A stretch of 63,791 bases of DNA, the filler included, from Phoronis australis (lineage: Eukaryota; Animalia; Phoronida): assembly GCA_002633005.1 (NCBI GenBank). It is 7 parts of 7 records of this genome, joined end to end, with 100 filler letters (N's around TTAATTAATTAA, not from the genome) between each part and the next. Parts side by side here need not be neighbours in the genome. Positions count along the whole stretch, not along the records: positions 42,443 to 53,805 come from NMRA01001698.1; positions 53,906 to 63,791 come from NMRA01000619.1; 5 more parts are not named here. One strand, given 5' to 3'. Each line of letters begins with the position of its first letter. The first letter of the stretch is position 1. The notes below the pieces were generated by a model. That model had not been told where the DNA came from, did no database searches, and worked only from the letters and a program-made list of their open reading frames with translations. Both the position numbers and the translations under genes were made by a program. Below, piece by piece: positions 50,107 through 63,180 of this stretch.

Positions 50107-51221
50107 CATAAAAAACGTTGAAGTTCACTATTTGATAAACTTTGTACTGTGTCATATTCATCAAGTTTGAAAAAAATCCAAAACAGTGATGAAATTTGAC
50201 AGGTGGTCTATTACGTCCGACGAAACCTATGATGTTGACATTGTTCGATAACGCATTAGCTAGGCAAAGTCCGAACGCCGTCTGTTAGTGTTCTTCATCT
50301 TTATCGTTGCCGGAAGTCTTTGGAAAACGAAGTTGTCTCATTCACTGCGCATTCCCTCGCGTTGTCTTATTGGTCTAACAATGTGTCAGCGACGCGCAAT
50401 CGTCTGAGTCAGGGCAAGTGTGGCAGACGTCGGTGGCGTTACAACTCCGCGTAGGAATAAATAAATGAATATATAAATAAATTAATTAAAATCACTTTAA
50501 AGGTTTTGACTATTTTTAAAGCTCCTTGTTGAATTCCTGACCGACATTTCCTCGTCCATACATATGCGTGCACATTTCCGTTGTCTCCGCGTCTGAATCA
50601 CAACGAGTCCTTTACTTCCTATAGCCTACTCTAACGTATGTTATCTTACACCTGTCAGATCATCTCCACATTTCCAATAATATCGGAAAAACAAACTCGA
50701 TTCCAAGAGTCCATTCCTTCTTTTGACATGGACGTCATTTATTGTGTTTCCCTTTCTCGTAAATAGTAATTTCGGTCGGACTCACGAATTGTCTTCGAAC
50801 CGACTCGTGGACGAGGTGGTCCACCCATGTGTGACGCACCATAGGGGACTGGGGGGGGGGGNACATGGTCTATAGGGGATGCATTACAGGGGGCTGAGAG
50901 ATCTTTAGCCCCACGTTTTTTAGTGCTGCGCCGCCCATGGGTCCACCAACCTGGTGATTGAATAACAGACCACAGCGAATTTTTTGTGAAGAAAGGCACG
51001 ACTGAGGTCGATATTCTGACGGATAAGAGATACTGCCGCCTCACTCGCGGCTGGCGGTCAGTTTTTAGTGTTGACGCTTACAAAACACATATACGTACCA
51101 CCTAAACCCATGCTGGGGGTCAACTATTAAAAGTAGTAAAACTTTATGGCACGTGTCGATTGCGTTGGTGTTAGGGGGAGAATCCGGTTATCGCGAGGGT
51201 AGGTAGAGTTTAGTAGCTGTA

Positions 51222-52030
51222 TCGCGGGAAGAAATATCAAGCCAAAATCACGTGCTGTCATTGAAAAGGCACTGCGACATCTCGCTGAATCTCTCGAGAT
51301 CTTTCTTTTCTAGTGAGGCACTAGCGTTTTTGAATTATATCTGTGCTGTAATCTTTTTGGTGTCATTCCTCTACAAATCTACAGGACCAAACACCGCGAA
51401 ATCAATTTGAAACTTGTTATATTTGTTTGTAGAGGCTAGAGGATAATATCCGCCAAATTTTCAACTAATCCTCTTTATATGGTGGATTCAAGTGGCAATT
51501 TATAGCTTCATAAAATGTACTTACTGTGCATTGAGACCGCCCAGAGGTACCGTTATAAGACGGATCTCTGTCTGTTCCTTACTCAAATGAGAAATGATTT
51601 CTGTGCGTTATTGCTTGCAACCCTGGTTGTTCACTAATTCTTGCATTACGCGAAACAAAAGAGCAACCTTTGTGGTTTACCACTGGTGAGTCATCAACTC
51701 GACGTATGTAAAAGCTTGCAAGTTGGAAAATGGATACGCATTCAGTTTTGCATGTTTACTTTCTTTGAAATGTATGCTGTGCTCTTTTTGTAGATTTTTA
51801 TAAAAACAGACAGTAATAAGTCCCCAAACGCCGCTGAGAACAAGTTGCGCAATAATTGATCTTTTTGCAGTTTACGATTAAGGGAATGTCCGTCTTCTAG
51901 GGTAGAGTTCGATAACTATTTCACGGCGAGAAAAATCTTGCGGCCAAAATCATGTGCTTTCAATGAAAATACACAGCAACATCTCGCTGAATCTCGCGAG
52001 ATCTGCATTTTCTCGCGAGACACTAGCTTT
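51222..52030. repeat. Two ~110-bp direct-repeat copies (51222-51330 and 51925-52030)
   Basis: Shared gccaaaatca.gtgct.tca.tgaaaa...acatctcgctgaatctc.cgagatct...cactagc. Confidence 0.7.
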
Positions 52031-54284
52031 ATTGAACTCTACACAGGCCCCTCATTGGGTAGAAGTGTTGATGGACTTTCCCTGTTTTCATTGGTGAGTT
52101 TCATTCTGGATTGAATTGCTGGCATCCTTCAGTCCATTGTGATGTGACGTATTCGTCTATCTGTGAAAACATCAACTCAAACATTGTGAGAATGAGCTGC
52201 TGAATCGCTGTTGCATTAGTTATAATGCAGTTATCTGTTTCTGGCTTCATTAATCAAAGGCAAATGGACTCTTCCGACCTATCAAAGAGATCTTAATTCC
52301 AGCCAATCAGGAAGTGGGGAAAAGTTAAAGCAGATCGTCCTCTAGCTTAGGTCCCAAACATTCGTTGGAAACAAAAGCGGAAGGATGTTGTCGATAAGAA
52401 CGTCAAGTTTGGAGCATTTACCTTACGTCATATGGGGGGGGGGGGCAGGGGGCCCGGGATCCCCCCTCTTGTCTGCCGCAAGCAAAATGAAACAGCAGCA
52501 GCGTGAAACAATGACGTCATTATTCTCTAGCGACACCTGGCCAAATTATCTGGTTTTATTTCCGGCAAGTACATCGTCTGCTAATCATGGTTGGCTGTTT
52601 TGTCGTCACAATACACTAACCGGAAACTGAAACAGATGATGTAGGAGAGTGGCCCCTTCTCTAGGATAGTACGCAAGAAAATGTCGGAGGTGTCTATAAT
52701 CTATGGTTCCAGGTGACCTCTAAGTCGCCGTTGGGTACAAACCAGAAAACCGGAAATATTAAAACCACCTGGTTGAGAAAACTAAAATGGATCTGGTCTG
52801 TGTCACACTAATTTTTGAAACTAGCATCTCAAAACTTGCACCATGTGACGCTGCAGCCAAGGGACCAGGTGGCACTGGGTAGAAAATGGAAGGACCCCAA
52901 CCCCTTTCAGCTGGTGACGTTTGTTTTTGAAAATGTGAACAACTAAAAATATGGCATCTTTTAGAAAAAAAACACACAAACCAGAAATGATGAACGCTAT
53001 TGACAGCCTTACACTCAATCTGCATATCCGTGCTTAGAAGCTAAGCAGTGTAGAGGGCTGTGTGGATTGACCATTCTTCTGCAAACCAAGATACAACTTT
53101 ATGACACAACGAGAAAAGGGCTTAAGGTGAACAACGTTTTGATCTCTACCGGGGGTACTATCAGAAACTAATCTGGTGAGACTTGATGATGTTTCAGTGA
53201 ATTTAGTTGCAGTCTGAATTGGAAAAATTCTACAATGCGATCCCCAAATAGAAAAGTACACTTTGACGGTTTTTGACTATCTAAAATAACTCTCAAAGAT
53301 AGTGCTGAAATTCGGTATCACAAGCCGTAGATGTCTTTGCACTTCGTTGATGTTTTTAGTTTCCAGTAGCATTGCGTATTGGAATTTTGTTCTTCAAAAC
53401 TGAATTTTTTGTTTTTCCTGATTCCCGTGCACGTCATGACTGACACATTCACGTCGAAAATAAGATGTAGTCGTGCAGTTGGCCGGCGCAGAAATTCAGT
53501 ACGTCACGGGAATTGAACTCCAGGCGTTAAAGTATTACATGTTTGGAACACACTCTGTATCATTTCCCCAGCCACCAGAAACTGGGCTACTGGTCGTGTT
53601 TCAAGGATGGATTTTGAAACAGCCCAAAGGCATTACACTAAGGACCTCAGGACCTGACCTTTTCAAAAAAGTCCTTCAAAGAATGACCATATGAAGTAGT
53701 TTTCCCGAAACTGGATCACAGTCGGCCAGCGCAGACGGCCGGTACGAGCTGCCTGTCTCAAGTGAATCATAGTTGAGCTGACCAGCAACTAGCTTTACTT
53801 CATTGNNNNNNNNNNNNNNNNNNNNNNNNNNNNNNNNNNNNNNNNNNNNTTAATTAATTAANNNNNNNNNNNNNNNNNNNNNNNNNNNNNNNNNNNNNNN
53901 NNNNNTGGTCAATGCGGTTACTGTAAACACAAACCCGATGAAACGTGCCCTGCGACTGATGACCTGTGCAACAGATGTCATCGAAGAGGACATTTTAAAT
54001 CGCAGTGCAGGTCAAAGACAATTAAAGAGGTATTCATTGGAAACGGTGAAGAAAGTGAGTCAAACGCATACTTCCTTGGTAGTTGTACAGTTGTCGATGA
54101 CAATGAGGACACGCCTGACAATTGGACAATGAATCTGACAATCCGCGACAAGTTAGTCGAGTTCAAGATCGATACCGGAACCGATATTTTGATCATGCCA
54201 GAATCCGTCTATGAGACACTCAAACCCTGACTCGCTTTAGAGCAGACAAAAACTGCCTTGTTCACTCCTTAGCGGTAGACTTAA

Positions 54285-55580
54285 AGGCAAAGGCAACCTT
54301 TTTCCATGTCATTTTGATCTAAAATAAGGTTGGTTGGTTATCCTAGACATATTTTCCATTTATTTACAGCTTTTCGTAATTTTATTAATTACTCGTCCGC
54401 TACTCCGGAAGTGACGTTTTAGGAGGCAAGCATTTCGCGCCAATTTCTTTTCATATAGTCTGACTGTGAGAGCTGCCGATTCAGTCATTGTTCTACCTCG
54501 GTTGTGTTAAGTTCCGTCGTTGTTTGCTTTCATTTACTAGTCAGTCAACATGCCACACTGTTGCTGCGTACCAGAATGTACTAATTATCGGCTCACGCGC
54601 GCTTTGGGAGTACCTTTGCATCGCTTTCCGATGGATGACACACTTCGCCATACTTGGCTCGTTTGTGTGAAGAACGCAGCATTACTCGTCCACGCAACGT
54701 ACAAAGCAGTGGAGAATTACCGTGTGTGTGGCAAAGCACTTTCTGCCGTCCGATTACGAAAGGGATTTGTATGCTGAACTGATGAAGGTCCCTGCGAAAC
54801 AACATCTGAAGAAGGATTCCATTCCGTCTGTGTTGATTCCCGGCAGTGCCCCGTCGCCACCCCCGAGAAGTGCATTTTTGAAGCGAGAAGCCTCGCGAGC
54901 TGTGGCCAGTACAGTGACTGGAGCCAGTGGAGGCACTTCATCTACTGTCACCCGTGCCTCCAAACGTACCCCAGAGCGTGCAATTCCTGGAACTAGTAGT
55001 GATTCGCCCTGTGCTGTTTTCTCCAGCCCAGAGCCTCTAAGCATTAGCCCTGCAGCGATATTGAGTAGTGGGAGTGATTACAGGCTCAGTTCGACACCCA
55101 GTGAAGAGTACAGTTTGTCGTCCAGTGAACAGATCGGTGAGCCAAACTTTGATAAGTTTATTGTGGACTTGTCTAAAGTGTTGGAGCTATTTAGCAGGTG
55201 CCAGATGTGTGGCGAGGGAGTCGCACGACACGATGTAAGCAGTTTGGGTGCTCAGGTCACCATCCAGTGGGAGTGTGTCGCGGGACTCTCTGGCAAGTGG
55301 GACAGTTGTTCCTCTGTCCGTGGTATGCCGGAGGTCCACTCAACCATGCCCAGTAGTGGCTTGGCCTCGTCGAACTCTGAACAGCACAAGCATTCCATTG
55401 AGGTAGGCATAACAACGCACACAGTGCATTTGCACCAAGATGTGTCACCACGTCTGACCTCTGCAGCCGCCTNTAATTTATAACATTACGAAAAGCTGTA
55501 ATTAAGTGGAAAATATGTCTAGGATAACCAACCAACCTTATTTTAGCTCAAAGTGACATGGAAAAAGGTTGCCTTCGCCT
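54285..55580 (+). mobile_element. Kolobok-type DNA transposon derivative carrying a THAP domain
   Basis: TTAA at 54281-54284 and 55581-55584; ~107-bp imperfect TIRs beginning aggc.aaggcaacctttttccatgtca; removing it rejoins the Gypsy frame (..GRLKTSGSF..). Confidence 0.85.
54550..55483 (+). pseudogene. THAP-domain transposase N-terminus, frameshifted and truncated
   Basis: MPHCCCVPECTN..LHRFP..W..RVCGK/HF..Y..LKKDSIPSV (C2CH THAP, one extra base near 54735), then KFIVDLSKVLELFSRCQMCG; no DDE core before the right TIR. Confidence 0.8.
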
Positions 55581-56598
55581 TTAAGACGTCAGGTTCTTTT
55601 CTCGCGTCAGTAAAACATGATGAGAGTAAATACAAGTTTCGCGTCTTTGTTGTATCCAGAATAAAGAGTTGTCTGTTGAGCCGATATGTTTCCACGAAGC
55701 TTGGACTTGTTCGACGCGTGGGTGAAATTAACGAGTCTGTTTTTGCTACAACAGGACTACTGAAGTGTGACCCAATCAAGATACATTTGAAAGGAAATGC
55801 AGAACTGTACAGTTTGAACGTAGCGAGGCGAATACCCATACCACTGATGCTGAAAGTTAAGGCTGAAATCGAGCGAATGGTTGCAGGTGACATAATCGAA
55901 CCAGTAACTCAGCCTACTTCATGGTGTGCGCTGATCATTCCTGTTGCTAAGAAGGATGGAAGTGTCCATATATGCGCAGATTTAAAGAAACTGAACCTCG
56001 CCGTGCAACGTGAACGTTATGCTCTACCTACCTTGGATGATGTAATTCACAAGCTTTCGAGTACCACAGTGTATTTACTACTCTAGATGCTTCTAGTGGG
56101 TACTGGGCTGTTCCACTGCATGAGGAGAGTCGTCTTCTTACTACGTTTATCACACCGATGGGGCGTTTTTGTTTTAAACGTTTACCGTTTGGAATTAGCT
56201 GTGCTAGCAAGATATTCCAGAGAATTATGAATGAGTTACTTGAGGGTACTTTGACAAGCAATCGTTTGGCAAGACAACATTTTGATATATAGCAAGACCG
56301 TGAGTGAGCATGACGCAATGCTAGAAACCGTCATGAAGCGAATTGAAGAGTCCAGATTGAAACTAAACCGAGCCAAGTGTTTGTTTCGTCAGAGTCAGTT
56401 GAGATACGTCGGGCATAAATTTGATGCTTCAGGAATGAGTCCCGATGAGACAAAAGTACGTGCGATCATGGATCTTGAGTCGCCTACAAACGTGACGGAA
56501 CTTCGCAGAGTTCTAGGCATGGTGAAGTATCTTGGATGATATTTGCCAAATCTCGCAAATGTAATGGCACCTATGAACAAACTGCTTTGTAAAGACAT

Positions 56599-58361
56599 AG
56601 ACCCTATTCACGCCGACAGGAGGGGCATTCCAAAACTAGGCTCGCTACGATAGCTCTGTTAGCTTATCGGCATAGTTCTGTGTTTCAGACCGTGTTGTTC
56701 CCCGAACGGCTAGAAAAAATAAGGACACGCAACTGTCTGCTTCACAATCTCTAAAGACGTTGAGATTCGGAAGCGTTTGGTCGTTGCCGCGACGAAGCAA
56801 AATATGTCCGTGTAAAATTTATAAATGTTTTTGAAAAGTTAGATCATATTTTGTCGCATGTCGGTCAGTTGTTAAGCATCATAGTAACGACCAGAGAATG
56901 GGCCAGCCAGGCTGTGTATTCATGACTACGGATTTAGGGGGGGGCATGCCCCCCCCTAAAATTGTATCAGATCCCATTTTTGAGTTCGGGTGCGAATTGC
57001 TGACTAGCACACGTGCGCAACCAGGGGGCTGAATAAACAACGCATAGGCTCTGAATGAACCCCGTTTACCGTTTTTTTTTAGTCAACAGGTTCGCAAACC
57101 CAAGAACTCAAGACCTCTACATCCCCAGAGTTTAGGCTGGGCGCGCGCATCTGCCGAAATGCTGCTTATTCCTGTGTCCTGCCCCCCCTAACTGAAAAAC
57201 CTGGATCCGCCCCTGCTACGGGTTGAAACATTGCAATTTTTCTTTCCAAAAAGGACAGGGCCCTCAATCCCTCAAGTTTGGGGCCCAATATCGGCCCTAT
57301 TCCCCTCTCAAACATATTGAATTATCACGCGAAATTCCCCCCACGAGGCATAAAAATCCCCCTAGTTCACATCACCTGTAACCACACAGGTGACAATTTT
57401 TAAGAGCACAAAAGGCTACTTTACATTGAGGCAGAGCCTATGAGAGCTTGCAACAGGGCGGGGGTGCTATTGAAGGGTGATCGGGAGGTAGTTTGTTCCC
57501 GCCCTCACTCGGCGAAAAATCGCCTCTCAGTAGGCACTGGCACCGTTGCCCTCGGATGAAAGAGGCTCCTGCAAAAACATGATAACTATGATTGCATTGT
57601 CCAGTTAACTGAAATTGAGTTCTAAAACGATGTTATGTTTTGGACGAACGAATTAGGTGTTTTAATTTTAAAATTCAACTTGGTCCAGATTGATATTTGA
57701 AATCTAACACATGAAATAGACGTAAGAATTATTACAACCAAGAAAGCATTGATGGTCAAATAATTTTAATTTCAATTACGAGCCTGGTTTTTTATTTAAT
57801 AAAAATATATTTAATAACATCAATTATTCTTTCAGACCAATGACAAATCAACTGTTACTCCCAGTGAGTGCATAGGATCAGACTATGCTTGATGTTAATA
57901 TTCTTGATCAACAAATTAAACCAGATGTGACTAATTGCACATGACAGACACCACTGTCGAATATGTCTTCAACTCGTCAACAATACGAGCAGATGACCTG
58001 GTCCGTGTAGAAAGTATTTTGATCAACAATTTACAAGAAAAAACGTAACCCTGCATTCAGCATAATACCTAATCCGTAACACTACGATTGCCGCAATTTG
58101 GTCATATTTACTTTTCATGTTTCGAACCTAGTTTTCCGAAAAAAATTAAACCCTTTTGTCAGACAACTCTTTGGCGCCTTAACTTGTTCTCTAATGTAAT
58201 TTTCTACGTCTCTGTGGTTAATTGTCGACATATCATTAAAATTTAATATCTAGGTTGGACTCGAAAGACCGGCAATTTAACTCGCGCAATGTCTACTTTC
58301 GCTTTGTTTATCGCAGTGAGCCTCGCTTTGGATCTTAATGGGCGCCGTGTGAATAGGGTCT
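56599..58361. mobile_element. Non-autonomous TIR element with 2-bp AT target duplication (ISL2EU-like)
   Basis: gac-AT|agaccctattcac ... gtgaatagggtct|AT-tgag; excision restores AAA GAC ATT GAG TTC CGT TGG (KDIEFRW) in the host pol; subterminal ggctcgctacgata / tatcgcagtgagcc also pair. Confidence 0.8.
56925..57214. mobile_element. G/C-run MITE nested in the AT-flanked element
   Basis: cggatttaggggggg ... ccccccta..aaaacctggatccgcccctg; left end truncated. Confidence 0.5.
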
Positions 58362-59135
58362 ATTGAGTTCCGTTGGGGAGTTGCCCAAGAAAAAATCGTT
58401 TAAAGAAGTTAAAGAACTCATTTGCAATAGCCCAGTACTGGCATATTATGATGTAACCTTATCCAATGTTGTGAGTTGTGATGGTAATAGCTATGGCATC
58501 GGCGGTGTTATCATGCAACAGCATGGAGACGACTTACGCCCTATTGCTTTCTGTTCGAGAACATTAACGCTAGCTGAAAGAAACAATGCCAAAATTGAAA
58601 AATAGTGTTTGGCAGCCACATGGTTTTGCGAAAAATTTCGTCGATATTTATGGGAACTGGAGTCATTCCGTCTAATGACCGACCATAAACCGCTTGTCCC
58701 TCTACTGCATACGCGTGACATTGATTGTGTACCGCTACGTTGTCAGAGGCTTATTATAAGACTGATGGCCTTTCAATTTGCGAGCAGAGCACATTCCTGG
58801 CAAACTCATGGTTGTGGCAGATGCTTTATCTAGAGCACCCATGAGAGAAACTGAGTCAGCCACTGAACACGAGGTGGCATTCCATGTCAATGCTGTAATC
58901 GACGCCAAGCCTATGTCTGACAGGAAACTAGTAGTTGAGATCCAAGTAGCGACCGAGCAAGATGACGAGCTCCAGCAAGCCATTGAATTGACCATGAATG
59001 ATTGGCCAGCCCCTAAGGAGCAAGTTCCGTCATCCGCGCTAGAGTTCTACAATGTGAGACAGCCTTTAAGTAGCTCGTACTACTGATGGGTTCCCGTATT
59101 GTAATACCACAAACTATGTGTAAAGATATTCTAAG

Positions 59136-60137
59136 TTGCATTCACGATGGACACATGGGAATTTAAAATGCCGTGAAAGAGCAAACATGTTCGTGTTTTG
59201 GCCCGGCATTAACGACAACATACAGGGACTTATTTGTGAGTGTGAGTTTTGTCAAGTACATAGTCCAACACAGATACACGAGCCACAAATCGTTAAACCA
59301 CAACCTAATAGACCATGGCAAAAACTGGCCGTTGACTTATGTGAGGTAAACAAAGTGAAATATCTTGTTATTATGGACTATTATTCCAAGCGGTTGGAGG
59401 TTACAATTCGTATGACCGACACAACAGCATCTGGAGTAATTGCAGAAGAAAAAGCAGTGTTCGCGCGCTTTGGAATTCCAGAGGAAATCTTATCAGACAA
59501 GGGTCCACTGTTTGATTCTGGAGCAATGAGGCATTTTGATGCAGACCATGGTATTCTTATTACCACAGTTAGTCCTCACAGCCCACAGGCTAATGATCAA
59601 GCAGAAAGTGGTGTTGCAATTGCTGAGAAAATATTGCTACAGAACGATTCTGCGATGGCTTTGTTAAGCTATAGGTCCACACCAGTTTCAGCGACTGGTT
59701 TTAGTCCGTCCAAGTTGTTAATGGGTCGTGAACTCCGAACTGACATCCCGACCATGCCCAATCAACTTCAGCCCCAGTGGCCAGACAAGGAAACCATCTC
59801 AAAACGGGTTAAATCTACGCAGCAAGACTATAAACGTCAGTTCGACCAACGTCATGGTGTTTCACCTCTTCCAAATCTAAAAGTTGGCAGTAAAGTTCGT
59901 GTTAAACACAACGGTGAAAAACAATGGTCTCAGCCTGCGACTGTCGTACACGCGCACGGTACGCCGAGATTGTATATTGTACGTACAGAAGATGGTAAAG
60001 AATACCGCAGAAACAGTCGTCATCTTCAGAGTATTCCGATACAACTATCACATACGCTTGAGAAAACGCATTCGTCGAATTCAAAAGTATCTCCAACAGA
60101 ATCGTCAGTCACCCAGCTGACCGAATGTGTCATCTGA
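59136..60137 (+). pseudogene. Gypsy integrase ORF (largest surviving frame)
   Basis: 333-aa ORF with CEFC of the HHCC finger, D-D-E core and a C-terminal GPY/F-like region; the HH part lies in another frame. Confidence 0.85.
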
Positions 60138-61289
60138 TGTATCGTCTACTGTGGAATCTTCGAATCGCCCTACTGTCACAACACGACCAGGTCAAGCCGA
60201 CCGTTTGGTCCAAAGAATATAGGTACTAGTAGTTTATGTGCGAGGCAGTGATGGGTTAAGAATGATACCCGCCTTGACACGATATTCCTGGGTAGTCCAC
60301 CGCGGGCTTATAATTAGACTTAGTTTTATAGAGTAATTGTTTAGTTGGTATTTTATAGTTACTTGTTTTACAGGGCTCGACGCTATTAAAATCGCCAGGT
60401 CGCATTTTGCGACCTAGCCAAAATCCCAAGGTCGCATTTTCAAAATCCAGCTCGCATTCGTAAATGCCAAGTCGCAAAATTTTCCCGCCATTTTTACGCG
60501 CCAAAATAGATTTTTTTATATCATCAAGAAAATGTTTAGATTATGCTCTTACCTGCAGTGTTAAATACTCACAAATTTTGGATCTCGAAATTGACTTCAT
60601 TCATGCAGGTACGGCCTTACTGTTCTTCACAACTGCCATTGAAAGACTCTAGAGCGCAAGGCAAGTTGCCGACGTGAAAGTTGATTCAGTGCTCTCTGAC
60701 TGACTTGTGCATTCGAGTAGCTAAATTTGCGATGTGAAAATGGAGAAAATGCCCGTTGAAAAAGTATCCGGGATTTTGTTAGATCTGGCCTGCTACTGGC
60801 TGTCATCAAAGACGTTAACGATTCAAACTAACTCGGGTAATGGCGAGTTTGCTCCTTAATACCTTCCAAGTACGGGAAAGTCAGTCACAAAATGACACGC
60901 ATGTTACCAGTGTTAACTTTCTTTCCGAGGTCTAAAACAAAGCCGGGATTTGGTTTTTCCAATTGTGAAAAGACGTTTTTGAAAACTGAAGTTGTGTAAA
61001 ATGAAAGAGACACGCCATATAAGCTGCGTGTCAATTTTAAACCACACGCGTTCGTTTGTAGTGCACTATGATGGGCGCTAGCTTGAACTGTGGGCGCTTA
61101 ATTGGAAATTCTCAAAATTTAAGGAGGGACTTTTAATAAATCAGTGAGCGCTTGTTATGAAACATTATAAAGGTAGGGAGTAGGCTTGTGCGTGAGCATA
61201 GTTGTTAATCTCAGTGTTTGCGGTAATAAGATATTAAAACGCTGCAATGGTAAGAAACGTTATAATAATAGGATTTTGCGAGGCAAACT

Positions 61290-61391
61290 NNNNNNNNNNN
61301 NNNNNNNNNNNNNNNNNNNNNNNNNNNNNNNNNNNNNNNNNNNNNNNNNNNNNNNNNNNNNNNNNNNNNNNNNNNNNNNNNNNNNNNNNNN
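61290..61391. other. Assembly gap without linker
   Basis: 102 N with no TTAATTAATTAA core. Confidence 0.9.
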
Positions 61392-61909
61392 TTTGCTAAT
61401 TTGAACCACAATTTTGCATCTAGTGCCAGTTTAGTTGCAATAGCTGGCTACGGGCATAGAATACAGGGTTTACAGAACATCGACATCGGGAAACGTCAGT
61501 TCTGGGTTATATCGGTCCCAGGACATCGGGTCTTTTATAACCTCTGGGAATCTGAGTTCATTTTTAAATAAATCAGAGCCAAGCCGGTTATACTCTTTCA
61601 TTTAGGACTGTCGCTGTTCTTTGAAGTGGTGCGCATGCGTGAGTTCACACACTTGAATCGTTGGAGTAGGCCTACAGTTTACGTTGGCAACCGAACGTGT
61701 GAAAGACAAATCATATTTCGCGCCCGTAGCCCCAGAGAAACAAGTAAAGGGTTTGAGAATTTCTTGGCAACTGAAAGTAAAGACGTGACCGTCGTTTGGC
61801 GATTAATAAGGCTGTCATTTTCACTTTGGCTGTCTTAATACGATAAAAAGGAGAAGCACATCTCAGTCTAAGTCACGATTGTCTGCCGGGACCGCTTGCG
61901 CGCTAACGG

Positions 61910-62031
61910 TGCCGCAGTGCGATATCAGGGATACTGTTGTGGATATTTGGTACATGTAATAAGGACATTTTNTGCCGCAGTGCGATATCAGGGATATTGT
62001 CGTGGATGTTTGGTACATGTAATAAGGACAT
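61910..62031. repeat. ~63-bp tandem duplication
   Basis: tgccgcagtgcgatatcagggata...tggtacatgtaataaggacat x2. Confidence 0.9.
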
Positions 62032-62269
62032 CTTATGTGAAAAATAAGTATTTTTGTCCACCACAAAGTTTGCTAAGTTGATCGCTTAAGAATTAATAGA
62101 AACACCGTTGTTTTGTGGAGTTTTATCACGTGTAAGCAGTGGCCCGAAACTTTCTTCGGCGAATCCGGGAATTTACAAAAGCGGCCGAAAGTGTTAGCCA
62201 ATGAATCGCGTCAAAGATCGGTTCTTCATATCCCATGTTCACGCGACTTGCTTACAAGTCATCGGGAGG

Positions 62270-62415
62270 CCTGCTTCCCGTTCAGTAGCGCTAGGACCTC
62301 GCCAAGAAGCAAGACTTCGCGAGATTACGTGAGATATTGCCGTGTATTTTGAATGAGAACATGTGACTTTGACTAGGATTTTGCAAGGTCCTAGCGTCTA
62401 CTGAACGCACGCCTG
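62270..62415. mobile_element. ~110-130 bp MITE family, copy 3 (inverted relative to 19583)
   Basis: cgttcagtagcgctaggacctcgc ... gcaaggtcctagcgtctactgaacg. Confidence 0.7.
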
Positions 62416-62839
62416 TTCTCGGTTAGTGTTCTTTTGAACTTGTATTTGGCAACAACCAAATAACGGTCGGATTAACAAGAGCTGCTTTGAATTTGCCAGG
62501 TATCTGTTGAGAAGTGTAAAAACTCAGCTCGCATTCGTTGGAAATTCCAGGTCGCATTTTGCGAATAAGTGGTGGCATTTTGGAAACGAACATTTGACTG
62601 ACAAGACCGCAATGGCTCACTTTTGGCCTATTTAAAAATTATTGAGGTTATGAAGTCACATCACCCAGCGAGCGCGGTAAAAGTTGGAGCATGCGCAGTA
62701 CAAAAATTTTGAGTTCACGATTTTGGGAACTGAAATAGGGACTGCTCGAAGAAAAAGTTTCATAACGGGAGTATTTGTTCGAGTTGGAAGAACTTAAACA
62801 CATCGACAACCTCCTAAGGTGTTCCTCTATGCGCAAAAG

Positions 62840-63117
62840 GTATTTATAACAACGGGACTTTGATGGTTTAGTCAGTGCGAGGCATAATTCGCCGAAAAGC
62901 TTCCGGCGTACAGAGCGCCTATAGCCTCTACATCGCCTCTGGTTCGGGCCAACAGAGGCGATGGTCATTGCCTAGTTTTGATCTAGACAGTGACCACCGT
63001 CTCTAGCTGGCCCAGTAGAGAAGGTGTAGCTCCTATAGAAGCTTCATACGCCGCAAGGTTTTCTTTGAATTATGCCTCGCACCGACTACAACATCAACGT
63101 CACATTGTTATAAATAC
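62840..63117. repeat. ~280-bp imperfect palindrome related to 29664-30016
   Basis: gtatttataacaa...gaggcataattc...ctag-ttttgat-ctag...gaattatgcctc...ttgttataaatac; centre at 62976-62982. Confidence 0.75.
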
Positions 63118-63180
63118 TGTTGTAGATGTGCTTCCAGTGAATCACATGAGGCTCTGTTTGCTACTCGCTAATGCAATGGG

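Larger units (their letters stand above)
53906..60200 (+). mobile_element. Decayed Gypsy/Ty3 LTR retrotransposon (gag knuckle-PR-RT-RH-IN) with two nested insertions
   Basis: CNRCHRRGHFKSQC knuckle (~53965), FKIDTGT protease (~54165), WCALIIPVAKKDGSVHICADLKKLN, LDASSGYW, WQDNIL, CDGNSYGIGGV, TDHKPL, and integrase RPWQKLAVD..DYYSK..SDKG..QAE; Gypsy domain order; many stops and frameshifts. Confidence 0.93.

Noticed and set aside
60200-61289. 3' LTR and polypurine tract of the Gypsy element
   Set aside because: No clear PPT or TG..CA repeat; the 5' end is lost at the spacer, and the sequence resembles other dispersed repeats (60380-60480 ~ 62480-62570).
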